In this document: positions 20,384-29,302 of the stretch, in pieces
Layout: every line of letters starts with the position of its first letter
Numbering within the stretch: position 1 is the stretch's first letter
NCBI GenBank assembly: GCA_965223905.1
Contig: CBDCXV010000004.1
Span: 1-29,761 of the forward strand
Reading direction: 5' to 3'
Origin: Candidatus Latescibacterota bacterium
Lineage (GTDB): Bacteria > Latescibacterota > UBA2968 > UBA8231
Length of the DNA: 29,761 nucleotides
Made by a program: the position numbers and the translations under genes
The notes under the pieces: generated by a model
Told to the model about the DNA's origin: nothing
Database searches by the model: none
What the model saw: only the letters and a program-made list of their open reading frames with translations

Positions 20384-23300
20384 ATGCCCAGGTTTTTCGT
20401 TGTACCAATCCTGCTCACGCTTGTCGTCTTGACGAACGCCGAAGCGCAGCAGTCCCCCATCCTTCTGGTGTCCAACATCGACGAGACGCAGAAGACCGGT
20501 CCCGGCTCCCGCCTTGTCGCCGGCGAATCGATGGCCGCCATCGGCTTCGGCACCGGCGACGACAACGGCGGCTACGCGCTGACCGGGATCGACGTCAAGT
20601 TCCATCAGGACCAGGGGGCCGGGGAGGAGGTCCAGCTCGAGCTCTGGTCCTCCGGTGGCAATCGGCCCTACGCAAAGCTGCTGGTCTTCGACAATCCGGA
20701 CCGCATTCCCGCAGGCGACAACACCTTCACCCTGCCACGGCCGTTCTATCTGAACGACGGCTGGACCTATTTCATCGTCGGCCGAGCCCCCGGGTACGAA
20801 CCCGGCGACGAGAGCACGCAGTGGTGGTTCGCCACCACGGACTCGGACGCACAGAGCGACCGCATCGATAACAAGTGGTGGATCGCAAACGACACGTTCC
20901 GGCACTCCGGTTCAGGGGCCTGGCCGGACGGCGTCACCACGCTCGGCCGAGTCCCGATGATCGCGATCAAGGGCTACGAGCTCGACCGTCTGGTCTACAA
21001 CACCGGCGAGAGCACGGCTGGATACCACGTGGTGGGAGACAACTCCGGCGGCAACTGGCTGGCGCAGGTCTTCACCACCGGACACGACAACGAAGGCTAC
21101 GATCTGCACAGCGTCGCCTTGGCGTTGGAAGAGTCTTCGGGAAGCGGTATTCCCACCGACGGCGATCACCTGACCGCGTCGCTGTACACGACCAGGAGGG
21201 CCGGCTCCGAACGCCATCCGGACCGCAAGCTGTTCGACTTCGTGAGTCCCCCCGTGTTCAGGGAAAGCATAGACAACAACGAGTTCGTGGCGCCGGAAGG
21301 ATCGACGCTCGAGCGGGACACCCGATACGCCTTCGTCCTGCGCCGGAGGACCGGCGCCTGGGTCTACGTCCGGCGAACCCGCGGCAACGACCAGGACGGC
21401 CAGGACGAATGGTGGATCAGAAACGAGGTCTACAAATCCACCGACGGCGCGGCGTGGAACCCGGATACCCGGGCCGCGAAGATGAGGGTCTACGGCAAGA
21501 GACGCACGGAAGCGATAACGGAAGCGACAACGGAACCGGAACCGGAATCCGAGCGGGTTCTCGATATCGGCGCCGACCGGACGGAGAGCGAGGGGAGCAA
21601 TTTCGACATGGCGGTGACGTTGTCGGAAACAAGCACGCAGGCGGTGTCCGTCTCTTTCCGGGGCACGGGAGGAACCGCCGCCGCGAACGACTACGGTCAC
21701 GATGGACAGCCGCTGGTAACGATCGAGGCCGGACAGACGACGGCACGGATCAACTTCGATATCACCGACGACGATTCACAGGAGGGCGAGGAGCACTTCT
21801 TTCTGGAGCTCCACAGCCCGGTCAATGCGGTCATCGGGCGCGCCCGGGCGCGGATCACCATACCGGCGAACGACACAGCCGAGGACGACACCTCCGAGGA
21901 CGACACCTCCGAGGACGACACCGGCTCGACCCCCGTGAGGCCGCAGGAGACGGGCCCGACCCTGGCCGTCTGCGACCGCACCTCCCAGGTGCGCGAGGCG
22001 ATTCTCGCCAGGCTGTCCGGGATCGATGACTGCGCCGAAGTCACCGCCTATAACCTCCGCAGCATCGATGGCGAGATAAATCTCCACGACCGGGGCATCG
22101 CCTCCCTCAAGTCCGGGGACTTCTCCGGCATGAACGGGCTGAAATTCCTGAAGCTGTCCAGGAACGAGCTGAGCACCCTCCCGGCCGGCGTCTTCGACGG
22201 CCTTTCCGCGGTGCGCGAGCTGTCCCTGCAGAGCAACGACCTGGTCTCGCTGCCCGCCGGCGCCTTCAGAGGCCTCACCGGGCCGCTGTGGATCAAGCTG
22301 GACAACAACGAATTCAGCGCGTTTCCAGGGGCCGCGCTGGACGACCTCGGCCCCAACCTCACGGGCCTCTACCTGGGCTACAACGACATCGCCGTGCTGC
22401 CCGCCGGCGCCTTCGAGGATTTCGAGCAGCTCAAGACCATCGACCTGGAGAACAACGAGCTGACCGCGCTGCCCGCCGGCGTCTTCGACGGCCTCGGCGC
22501 GCTGGAATACCTGGACCTCGGCAGCAACGACATCGCCGCGCTGCCCGCCGGCGTCTTCGACGACCTCGGCGGTCTCCTGAAGCTGTATCTCACCAACAAC
22601 GAGCTGACCTCGCTGCCCGCCGGCGTCTTCGACCATCTCGCCGTCCTGGAAGACCTGGACCTGGACGACAACGAGCTGACCTCGCTGCCCGCCGGCCTCT
22701 TCGAGGGCCTCACGAAGCTGACCCGGCTGTCGCTGGGCGCCTTCACCCTGATCCCGGCGCCGCTGCTGGAGGACGGGGGCGTCGCGGTGCGGGTCGCGGA
22801 AGGCGCGCCCTTCGCCATGAACGTGACCCTGTCGGCCGAAGGCGCCGATCTGGCCAGGACCGCGGCCACCCTCCCGGCCGGCGCCACCACCAGCGAGACG
22901 ATCGCCGTCACCCTGCGCGGCGGGGAGTCGGCGCGGGCCACGATCACGGTGGCGTCCGCCGCGTTCCGCAGCGACCTGGACCCGAACCGCTACCAGGGCC
23001 TCGAGATCCTCGCCGGCGCCAACCTGATCCTCAAGCGGGGATCCGGGGGGGGACTGGAAGCGGAGGCGGACGAGACGCCGCCGGCCTTCGTCAGCGCCGC
23101 GACCTCCACCGACGGCACCCGGGTGGTGCTCACCTTCAGCGAGCAAATCACCGTGCCGGCGCTGCTGCGCGCGATCAGCCGGAACGTCCGCGTCCCCCTG
23201 GACCGGTTCTTCATCGCCGTGGTAGGCGTGACCGTCGACGGCGACGAGGTGATCCCCACCCGGGCCGGCCTTTCCGGGGCCGACCTCACCATGACCCTGG

Positions 23301-23785
23301 GCGAGGCGGTGACCTCGGGGCAGCAGGTCGCGGTGGCCTACGACAACATCTTCGCCCGCGACGCCGTCGGCATCTTCATCGACGCCGCCGGCAACGCCCT
23401 GCGGAACTTCTCCTCCCGGTCGGCCGCCAACCGCTCCACCGCGGCCGCCTCCGGCGAGCAGGACTCCCCTCCGGACCTGACCCTGGGCGCGACGGAGCTC
23501 ACTGTCGGCGAGGGAGGCACCGGCACCTACACCGTGGCCCTCGGAAGCCGGCCCACCGGGAGCGTGGGCGTCCGCATCGCCAGCTCCTCGAGCAAGCTGT
23601 CGGCGCGTCCGAGGAGCCTCACGTTCACCACCGGCAACTGGTCCACGGCGCAGACCGTGACCCTGACGGCCGGACAGGACGACGACGCCCTGAACTACTG
23701 GGTGAAGGTGACCCACAGGGCCTTTGCCGGCGGCTACGACGGGGCCGCGGCGAACGTCTACGTGGTCATCGACGACGACGAGTAG
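20384..23785 (+). CDS. Large secreted modular surface protein: signal peptide, 2 beta-rich repeats (choice-of-anchor R-like), Calx-beta, LRR block, SwmB-like domain, Calx-beta-like C-terminus
   Basis: AAGGAG RBS; signal peptide ending AEA. Two LV(S/Y)N...F(G/T)TG.DN.GY repeats. Calx-beta (VTLSETS..V.IEAGQTTARI..DDDSQEGEEHF). About nine 24-aa LRRs (LxLxxNELxxLPAGVFD). SwmB-like TPPAFVSA..LTFSE..DAAGN; C-terminal LTFTTGNWSTAQTVTL. Confidence 0.85.
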   Translation: MPRFFVVPILLTLVVLTNAEAQQSPILLVSNIDETQKTGPGSRLVAGESMAAIGFGTGDDNGGYALTGIDVKFHQDQGAGEEVQLELWSSGGNRPYAKLLVFDNPDRIPAGDNTFTLPRPFYLNDGWTYFIVGRAPGYEPGDESTQWWFATTDSDAQSDRIDNKWWIANDTFRHSGSGAWPDGVTTLGRVPMIAIKGYELDRLVYNTGESTAGYHVVGDNSGGNWLAQVFTTGHDNEGYDLHSVALALEESSGSGIPTDGDHLTASLYTTRRAGSERHPDRKLFDFVSPPVFRESIDNNEFVAPEGSTLERDTRYAFVLRRRTGAWVYVRRTRGNDQDGQDEWWIRNEVYKSTDGAAWNPDTRAAKMRVYGKRRTEAITEATTEPEPESERVLDIGADRTESEGSNFDMAVTLSETSTQAVSVSFRGTGGTAAANDYGHDGQPLVTIEAGQTTARINFDITDDDSQEGEEHFFLELHSPVNAVIGRARARITIPANDTAEDDTSEDDTSEDDTGSTPVRPQETGPTLAVCDRTSQVREAILARLSGIDDCAEVTAYNLRSIDGEINLHDRGIASLKSGDFSGMNGLKFLKLSRNELSTLPAGVFDGLSAVRELSLQSNDLVSLPAGAFRGLTGPLWIKLDNNEFSAFPGAALDDLGPNLTGLYLGYNDIAVLPAGAFEDFEQLKTIDLENNELTALPAGVFDGLGALEYLDLGSNDIAALPAGVFDDLGGLLKLYLTNNELTSLPAGVFDHLAVLEDLDLDDNELTSLPAGLFEGLTKLTRLSLGAFTLIPAPLLEDGGVAVRVAEGAPFAMNVTLSAEGADLARTAATLPAGATTSETIAVTLRGGESARATITVASAAFRSDLDPNRYQGLEILAGANLILKRGSGGGLEAEADETPPAFVSAATSTDGTRVVLTFSEQITVPALLRAISRNVRVPLDRFFIAVVGVTVDGDEVIPTRAGLSGADLTMTLGEAVTSGQQVAVAYDNIFARDAVGIFIDAAGNALRNFSSRSAANRSTAAASGEQDSPPDLTLGATELTVGEGGTGTYTVALGSRPTGSVGVRIASSSSKLSARPRSLTFTTGNWSTAQTVTLTAGQDDDALNYWVKVTHRAFAGGYDGAAANVYVVIDDDE

Positions 23786-23797
23786 GGGGGAATCACG

Positions 23798-25048
23798 ATG
23801 AAACCATCGATACTCGCTCTGGCCGTCATGTGTCCCCTTTCGCTGTGGGCCGGCTCCGGCGACCCCCGGCCTCTCGATACCTGGGAGCTGGCGGGGGGCA
23901 GCCTGAAGTTCGACGTCGGAACCATCCTGTCCGAGGCGGGAGAAGGGGGGGAGCCCATACCCACAAAGCCCTCCGTAACCCTGGAGCTGTACGCCGGCCA
24001 CTACTACAAGCTGTCCATCGTCACCGAGGCCGCGGAGGGGCGCGCCTTTCCTCATTTCCTGCCCGGCCCGCCCTCTCACAGTCCGCTCCCTTCGTCGAAG
24101 GCGGCCGCGGGGTTCGGCTATTACCGCCTGCAATCCGATACCCTGCGGTTCGACGCCCATTTCCTCAGGCTGTTCGCCGACGGCGAGGACCTGGAAGAGA
24201 TCGTCGAGCGCTCCGGCGACGCCGGGGCGCTGGAGGAATACGAGCTCGTCATCTCCCTCGTGAACGGTCTCTTCCTGGATCTGTTCAACGACCTCTACGC
24301 CTACCCGTCCGGCGACAGGCTGGTCTTCCTGCTGCCCGGCGGCAGCGCCTTCGCCGCCGCAGCCGGGGACGCCGCGCAAATCGCCTGGGAGCTGCAGCGA
24401 TCCGGGGCGCCCCCGGCGGCGTCGTCGACCGCGGTGGAGGCCGCGGTCCTCGGCGACGCGGCCGCGGGCCTGACCGTCGAGTTCGCGCGCGCCATCGCCG
24501 GGCGCCGCGCCCACTACGCCTGGAGCGAGGTCGCCGACGGCGAAGGCCGCCTGGCGCTGACCCTCTCCACCCTGGACCGGTCCGGAGTCAGCGGCTTCTA
24601 CCGGGCCCGCGCCCGCAGCCGGTCGGGCGAGGTGGTGGGCCGCTGGCACAGCATTCCCCTCAACCGCGGCCGGCGCCAGGTCCTGGAGCTGACCCTGGGC
24701 GGAGGCGCCCGGGTGGTGTCCAGCGAGCGCCTGGAAGCGGCCAGGGCGGTTGCCCTGCAGGGGGAGCCGGCCGCCGCCGGCCTGGCCGGCAACTATCCCA
24801 ACCCCTTCAACAGCAGCACGCAGATCGTCTACCAACTGGGCAGCGACGGCCCGGTGCGGCTGGAGATCTTCAACACCCTCGGACAGCCGCTGCGCACCCT
24901 GGTGGACGAGGTCCAGACCGCCGGCTCCTACCGGGTCCACTGGGACGCCCGCGACCAGGGCGGAGCCGCGCTGGCCGCGGGGGTCTACCTGACGCGCCTG
25001 GTCCATCCGGGAGGAGTGGAGACCCGGCGCCTGCTGCATCTCAAGTAG
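23798..25048 (+). CDS. Secreted protein with C-terminal FlgD-Ig/T9SS type A sorting-like domain
   Basis: Signal peptide; C-terminal NYPNPFNSSTQIVY..VRLEIFNTLGQ..WDARD..GVYL..LLHLK*. Confidence 0.82.
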   Translation: MKPSILALAVMCPLSLWAGSGDPRPLDTWELAGGSLKFDVGTILSEAGEGGEPIPTKPSVTLELYAGHYYKLSIVTEAAEGRAFPHFLPGPPSHSPLPSSKAAAGFGYYRLQSDTLRFDAHFLRLFADGEDLEEIVERSGDAGALEEYELVISLVNGLFLDLFNDLYAYPSGDRLVFLLPGGSAFAAAAGDAAQIAWELQRSGAPPAASSTAVEAAVLGDAAAGLTVEFARAIAGRRAHYAWSEVADGEGRLALTLSTLDRSGVSGFYRARARSRSGEVVGRWHSIPLNRGRRQVLELTLGGGARVVSSERLEAARAVALQGEPAAAGLAGNYPNPFNSSTQIVYQLGSDGPVRLEIFNTLGQPLRTLVDEVQTAGSYRVHWDARDQGGAALAAGVYLTRLVHPGGVETRRLLHLK

Positions 25049-25087
25049 CTCTTTCAAGTAGCTCTTTCAATGAATAGGAGAATCCCG

Positions 25088-25870
25088 ATGAAATGCATTC
25101 TGTCGTTTTCAATGGCCGCGTTCACGAGTCTGGCAGCGGCCGTCGAGGCCGACGTGGCGCCGTTCGAGGGGCGGGTGCTGGACCTGAACTCCGCCCCGGT
25201 CCATGGCGCCGAGGTGGCGCTGTACGATCTCGACGACCCGGGCTCGAGGGTGAGCGCGAAAACCGACGAGAACGGCTCTTTTTCGCTGTCCCCGAACGCC
25301 CTGGCCCTGCCGCGATCCAACGCGCTCGGGCAGAACTACCCCAACCCGTTCAATCCCTCCACCCTGATTCCCTTCGAGACCTCCGCGGGCGGACGCGTTC
25401 GCCTGGACGTGTTCAACGTCCTCGGCCAGCGCGTGGTCACGCTGATCGACGAAGCGCGGCCCGCCGGACTTCACAAAGCGCAGTGGGACGGCATCGACGC
25501 CGCCGGACGCGCCGTGGGCGCGGGGGTCTACATCTACCGGCTCAGCACCGGGCAATGGCAGGAGGCGCGCAAGCTGCTGCTGATCGACGGCCAGGCGGGG
25601 CGTCCGGGCCGGGGAGGCGGGAATGCCGGCAGCAGGGGAGAAGAGGTTGCCCGTTACGGGGTGGAGATCTCCGGTGAGGAGATCGTCCCCGCGACCTTCA
25701 CCTGGAGCCCCGGCATGGGATCCCTGGCGGCGGAGGTGACGAGGGTGAACGACGCCTATGCGCTCGACAAGGAGGATTCCGCCATGGCGGCCGGTCCCTT
25801 CTCCGGGACCAGCCTCGCCTCGATCGTCGAGGTCGTCTCCGCGTACGGCATCCGCCCCGGCCGGGATTGA
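25088..25870 (+). CDS. Secreted protein: carboxypeptidase-regulatory-like Ig domain with internal FlgD-Ig/T9SS-like domain
   Basis: AGGAG RBS; signal peptide; GRVLD..PVHGAEV..TDENGSFSL; QNYPNPFNPST.IPF..WDGIDAAGRAVGAGVYIYRL. Confidence 0.8.
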   Translation: MKCILSFSMAAFTSLAAAVEADVAPFEGRVLDLNSAPVHGAEVALYDLDDPGSRVSAKTDENGSFSLSPNALALPRSNALGQNYPNPFNPSTLIPFETSAGGRVRLDVFNVLGQRVVTLIDEARPAGLHKAQWDGIDAAGRAVGAGVYIYRLSTGQWQEARKLLLIDGQAGRPGRGGGNAGSRGEEVARYGVEISGEEIVPATFTWSPGMGSLAAEVTRVNDAYALDKEDSAMAAGPFSGTSLASIVEVVSAYGIRPGRD

Positions 25871-26017
25871 GCCGGGCGCCGGCGAGGCGACCCGCAAGGA
25901 ATCACTCAAGAAAGAGGAGAAGGAAAAGGAGACGTTGCCATGGATTTGAGAAATCGACGGACCCACCGACCGGACGGGCAATCGCCCCCGGCACACAGGA
26001 AAGGAAAAGGAGACGAC

Positions 26018-26596
26018 ATGCGTCCAAAACTTCTCATACCCGCCATACTGATTCCAACGGCGGTCTCACTGACCATGCTCACCGTGACGGTCATGGCAGG
26101 CTCGGGAAATCCCGGTGGCGATGCCAGCCTGCACCCCGACCACTCCGGCGAGGACGACGCGGCCAACAAGATCGTGGGCGTCCCCTGCGCAACCGGATCG
26201 CATCACAAGCACATCGGAGAAGATGACGATGACGTTCCCAACCACATCCATCACTCCACCTACTACTGGTACGACAGCGATGAAGACGAGAATTCTCCAC
26301 CGTCTGAGCGGGTGGTCAAGATCGCGTGCGGCATGGCCCATGACGACGACACAGACATAACCTCCTGGGGCAACTACGGGACCGTGGGCTGGGACAGCGA
26401 CGACGACGAGTTCACTTTCACCGGCGACGCCAGTACGGGCAAGGGCAACTACACCTCCGAACGGGTGAAGTACTGCAACGGCTTGATCGACGACGGCGAC
26501 GACGGCGCTTATCCGACCTTCGAGGGCGTCCCGGACCTATGCAACAGGTTCTTCGTCGATGTGAGGGAGGCGGTGCGCCCGCCGGGCGGGCTGTAA
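26018..26596 (+). CDS. Secreted acidic His/Cys-containing hypothetical protein
   Basis: AAAGGAAAAGGAGA RBS; hydrophobic N-terminus; Asp-rich; HHKH and HIHH clusters; four Cys. Confidence 0.65.
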   Translation: MRPKLLIPAILIPTAVSLTMLTVTVMAGSGNPGGDASLHPDHSGEDDAANKIVGVPCATGSHHKHIGEDDDDVPNHIHHSTYYWYDSDEDENSPPSERVVKIACGMAHDDDTDITSWGNYGTVGWDSDDDEFTFTGDASTGKGNYTSERVKYCNGLIDDGDDGAYPTFEGVPDLCNRFFVDVREAVRPPGGL

Positions 26597-26690
26597 AGGC
26601 AGCAAGCCGTCAAGGCGCCGGCGAGGCGTCCCGCTAGCATTCGCTTTTTAAGCACGAACTTCAACTCGCACCTAAAGGAGCAAACATAAC

Positions 26691-27596
26691 ATGGCACATC
26701 GGAAATCGATCAAACAGTCAATCGCGGCGCTGGCCGTCCTGGCCCCGGTCCTGCTGGCCGCCTGCGGAGACAAAGACCGGGACACCGCCAGCGGGCCGTC
26801 GCGCGACGAAGCCGCGGCGTCCACTCCGGCGATTTCGGCGGAGGCCGAGGACACCCGGGTCTTCGTCGACGCCGCCATCGCCCGCTACGAGTCGGAAGGA
26901 CTCGAAGCCACCCTGTCGCACTACAACCGGGAGGAGAGCGTCGACGGCCAGTGGTACGTGTTCGTCATCGACGCCGACGACCTGGTCATCGCACACCCGG
27001 ACCCCAACCGCCGGGGGCTGGACCTGAAGGGCTGGGTCGGGACCGACGCCAACGGCTACCACTTCGGGCCGGAGATGCTGGCGGCCACGGAGGAGGGCAA
27101 GTGGGTCTCCTACGTCTACCAGAACCCCGAGAACGGGCGCATCGGCTCGGGAGATTTCAGCGACCTGGAACTCAAGAACGCATGGGTGGCGCGGCGCGAC
27201 GGACTGCTGTTCGCCTCGGGCTGGTACATCGACGCCGACGAGTTCACCAAGTCCCTGGTGGCCACCGCCGCCCGCGTGTTCCGGGAAGTAGGGCTGGAGG
27301 GGAGCATCGCCTACTTCGCCAGCCCCGAGATTGCTTTCGGGGGACTGGCTGCGGTCATCGCCTACTACAACAGCGCCGAAAACGTTGAAGGGGAGTGGTT
27401 CGCGTTCCTGGCCGACGAAAACGGCACGATCCTGGACCACTTCCGCAAGGAGATGGTTGGAAAGAGCCTTGAAGAGGTGCTCGGCACGGATATCGAGGCC
27501 ACCGCGGAAGGCAACTGGGTGACCACGGAAGACATGCGCGTCTGGGTCCTCGCCCAGGACGGGATGACCTTCGGCGCGGGCTGGCACCGGCACTGA
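26691..27596 (+). CDS. Lipoprotein with tandem Cache-like sensor domains and no output domain
   Basis: AAGGAG RBS; lipobox LLAAC. Two repeats: FV.AAI..Y...GLE..WYVFVID..IAHP..GKWVSY..FASGWY and LV.A..F..GLE..WFAFLADENG..GNWV..FGAGW. Confidence 0.8.
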   Translation: MAHRKSIKQSIAALAVLAPVLLAACGDKDRDTASGPSRDEAAASTPAISAEAEDTRVFVDAAIARYESEGLEATLSHYNREESVDGQWYVFVIDADDLVIAHPDPNRRGLDLKGWVGTDANGYHFGPEMLAATEEGKWVSYVYQNPENGRIGSGDFSDLELKNAWVARRDGLLFASGWYIDADEFTKSLVATAARVFREVGLEGSIAYFASPEIAFGGLAAVIAYYNSAENVEGEWFAFLADENGTILDHFRKEMVGKSLEEVLGTDIEATAEGNWVTTEDMRVWVLAQDGMTFGAGWHRH

Positions 27597-27703
27597 GCGG
27601 AATCCGGGTGATTTGCGATTACCGGACCGCGGATCGTCGCCGTCCTCGCGGCGGCGGCGGTTCGCGACCGGCCTTCATGAAAGGAAAAGGAGAAGCCGCG
27701 GCC

Positions 27704-29074
27704 ATGACTCGCACCGATAGACGACGATTCCCCGTCCTGTTCGCCGCCATCTCAACTGTGGCCCTGTCGGCGGCGGTCCTGTTGGCGGCCTTCAATGACA
27801 CAGTGTCGGCCCAGACGGACGGCACGGGCATCTGCGACCGGACCCGACCGGTGCGCGACGCGATTCTCGACAAGCTCGACAACATCGACTGCTCGGCCGT
27901 GACGGCCACGCATCTGTCCGGCATCGCGGGGGGACTCGGCCTCAATGCCAAGGGCATCGAAACGCTGCAGGCATCGGATTTCCAGGGCCTCTCCGGTCTC
28001 GAAAGGCTGTACCTGGAAAGCAACAGCCTGGAAACGCTGCCCGCTGGCGTGTTCGATGGGCTCACCAGCCTGACCGAGTTGTACCTGCTGCGCAACGATC
28101 TCGACTCCCTGCCGGCCGATGTGTTCCGGGACCTCGCGAATCTCAACTGGCTCTATCTGAACTTCAACGAGTTGCAGACGCTGCCCGACGGTCTGTTCGA
28201 CGGGCTCGCGAATCTGACCTGGCTGGGTCTGAACGGCAATGGCCTGAATTCTCTGCCGGACGGCGTCTTCGACGACCTCTCCAAACTCGGGCAGTTGTAC
28301 CTGAACGACAATGAATTGACCGCTCTGCCGGACGGCGTCTTCGGCAAACTTTCGAGCCTGGTGATACTGAACTTGAGCGGCAACGGTCTGAACTCCCTTC
28401 CCGGGGACGTATTCAAGGGGGTGACCGGCCTGGGGTCGGTCAGCCTGTACGGCAACCCCGGCTCGCCGTTCACCATCATCGCGGAGCTGGAGCAGCGGGA
28501 TGACGGTGTTGTGGTCGAGGTCGCCGAGGGAGCGCCGTTCGGTATGACGGCCTCTCTGTCGGTTCAAGGAGGCACACTCTCCACCACGACCGCCGAGGTC
28601 GCCGCAGGCGCCACCGAGAGCGCGGTCGTACCTGTGACCCGCGGCGCGAGCGGCAGCACGGTGAGCGTGGAGTCGGTCGCTTTCGTTGTCAGCGATGAGG
28701 TGCACTTCGGAATCCAGGCAGGAACCGGAGAGAGTCTGACCCTTGCGCCCGCAGGGACGGATGGAGCGGGCGGGAACACAGCGGCCACGGGTTTGCCCAC
28801 CATCAGCGGCACGGCGCAGGTGAGTCGGACTCTGACAGTCGACACGTCGGGGATCGCCGACGCCGACGGTCTGATCAATGTGACCTACAGCTACCAGTGG
28901 CTGACCACCAGGGACGCCGAAATCCAGGGAGCAACCCGCTCCACCTACACGGTCCAGGAGTCCGACGACGGCAAGACCATCAAGGTGCGCGTGACCTTCA
29001 CCGACGACGCCGGCAACGAGGAGTCGTTGACCAGCGCGGCGACGGCGGAGGTGGTGATGGTGGGGGGTCTGTGA
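27704..29074 (+). CDS. Secreted leucine-rich repeat protein with C-terminal Ig-like domain
   Basis: AAAGGAAAAGGAGA RBS; signal peptide ending VSA. Cys cap ICDRT..VRDAIL..C; about seven 24-aa LRRs (LPDGVFD). C-terminal TGLPTISGTAQV..DTSGIADADGL..YSYQW..VRVTFTDDAGNEESLTS. Confidence 0.88.
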   Translation: MTRTDRRRFPVLFAAISTVALSAAVLLAAFNDTVSAQTDGTGICDRTRPVRDAILDKLDNIDCSAVTATHLSGIAGGLGLNAKGIETLQASDFQGLSGLERLYLESNSLETLPAGVFDGLTSLTELYLLRNDLDSLPADVFRDLANLNWLYLNFNELQTLPDGLFDGLANLTWLGLNGNGLNSLPDGVFDDLSKLGQLYLNDNELTALPDGVFGKLSSLVILNLSGNGLNSLPGDVFKGVTGLGSVSLYGNPGSPFTIIAELEQRDDGVVVEVAEGAPFGMTASLSVQGGTLSTTTAEVAAGATESAVVPVTRGASGSTVSVESVAFVVSDEVHFGIQAGTGESLTLAPAGTDGAGGNTAATGLPTISGTAQVSRTLTVDTSGIADADGLINVTYSYQWLTTRDAEIQGATRSTYTVQESDDGKTIKVRVTFTDDAGNEESLTSAATAEVVMVGGL

Positions 29075-29236
29075 ACGGCGCCGGGACTGAGTGGAATCCG
29101 GGTGACCGGATGCAGTTCTGCGGCACCCGGACTGAGGAGGATAAAACTAAAGTTCAGAAGTTAAGCGGCCGCCGGCGCCGCGGTGACGACGGCAGAGCGG
29201 ATGCGCGGCGGGCAACCACCCCGGCACAAATGTTCA

Positions 29237-29262
29237 CCCCCCCCCCCCCCCCCCCCCCCCCC
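29237..29262. repeat. Poly-C tract (26 nt)
   Basis: Counted directly; it ends ~40 bp upstream of the ATG at 29303. Confidence 0.85.
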
Positions 29263-29302
29263 GCGCGCGCGATTTTTTCGGGGCCGCAACGGAGCCGCGG
29301 CG

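Noticed and set aside
21960-28460. Diversity-generating retroelement or integron acting on the LRR/surface genes
   Set aside because: No reverse transcriptase, no adenine-specific TR/VR pair, no integrase and no clear attC structure in the window.
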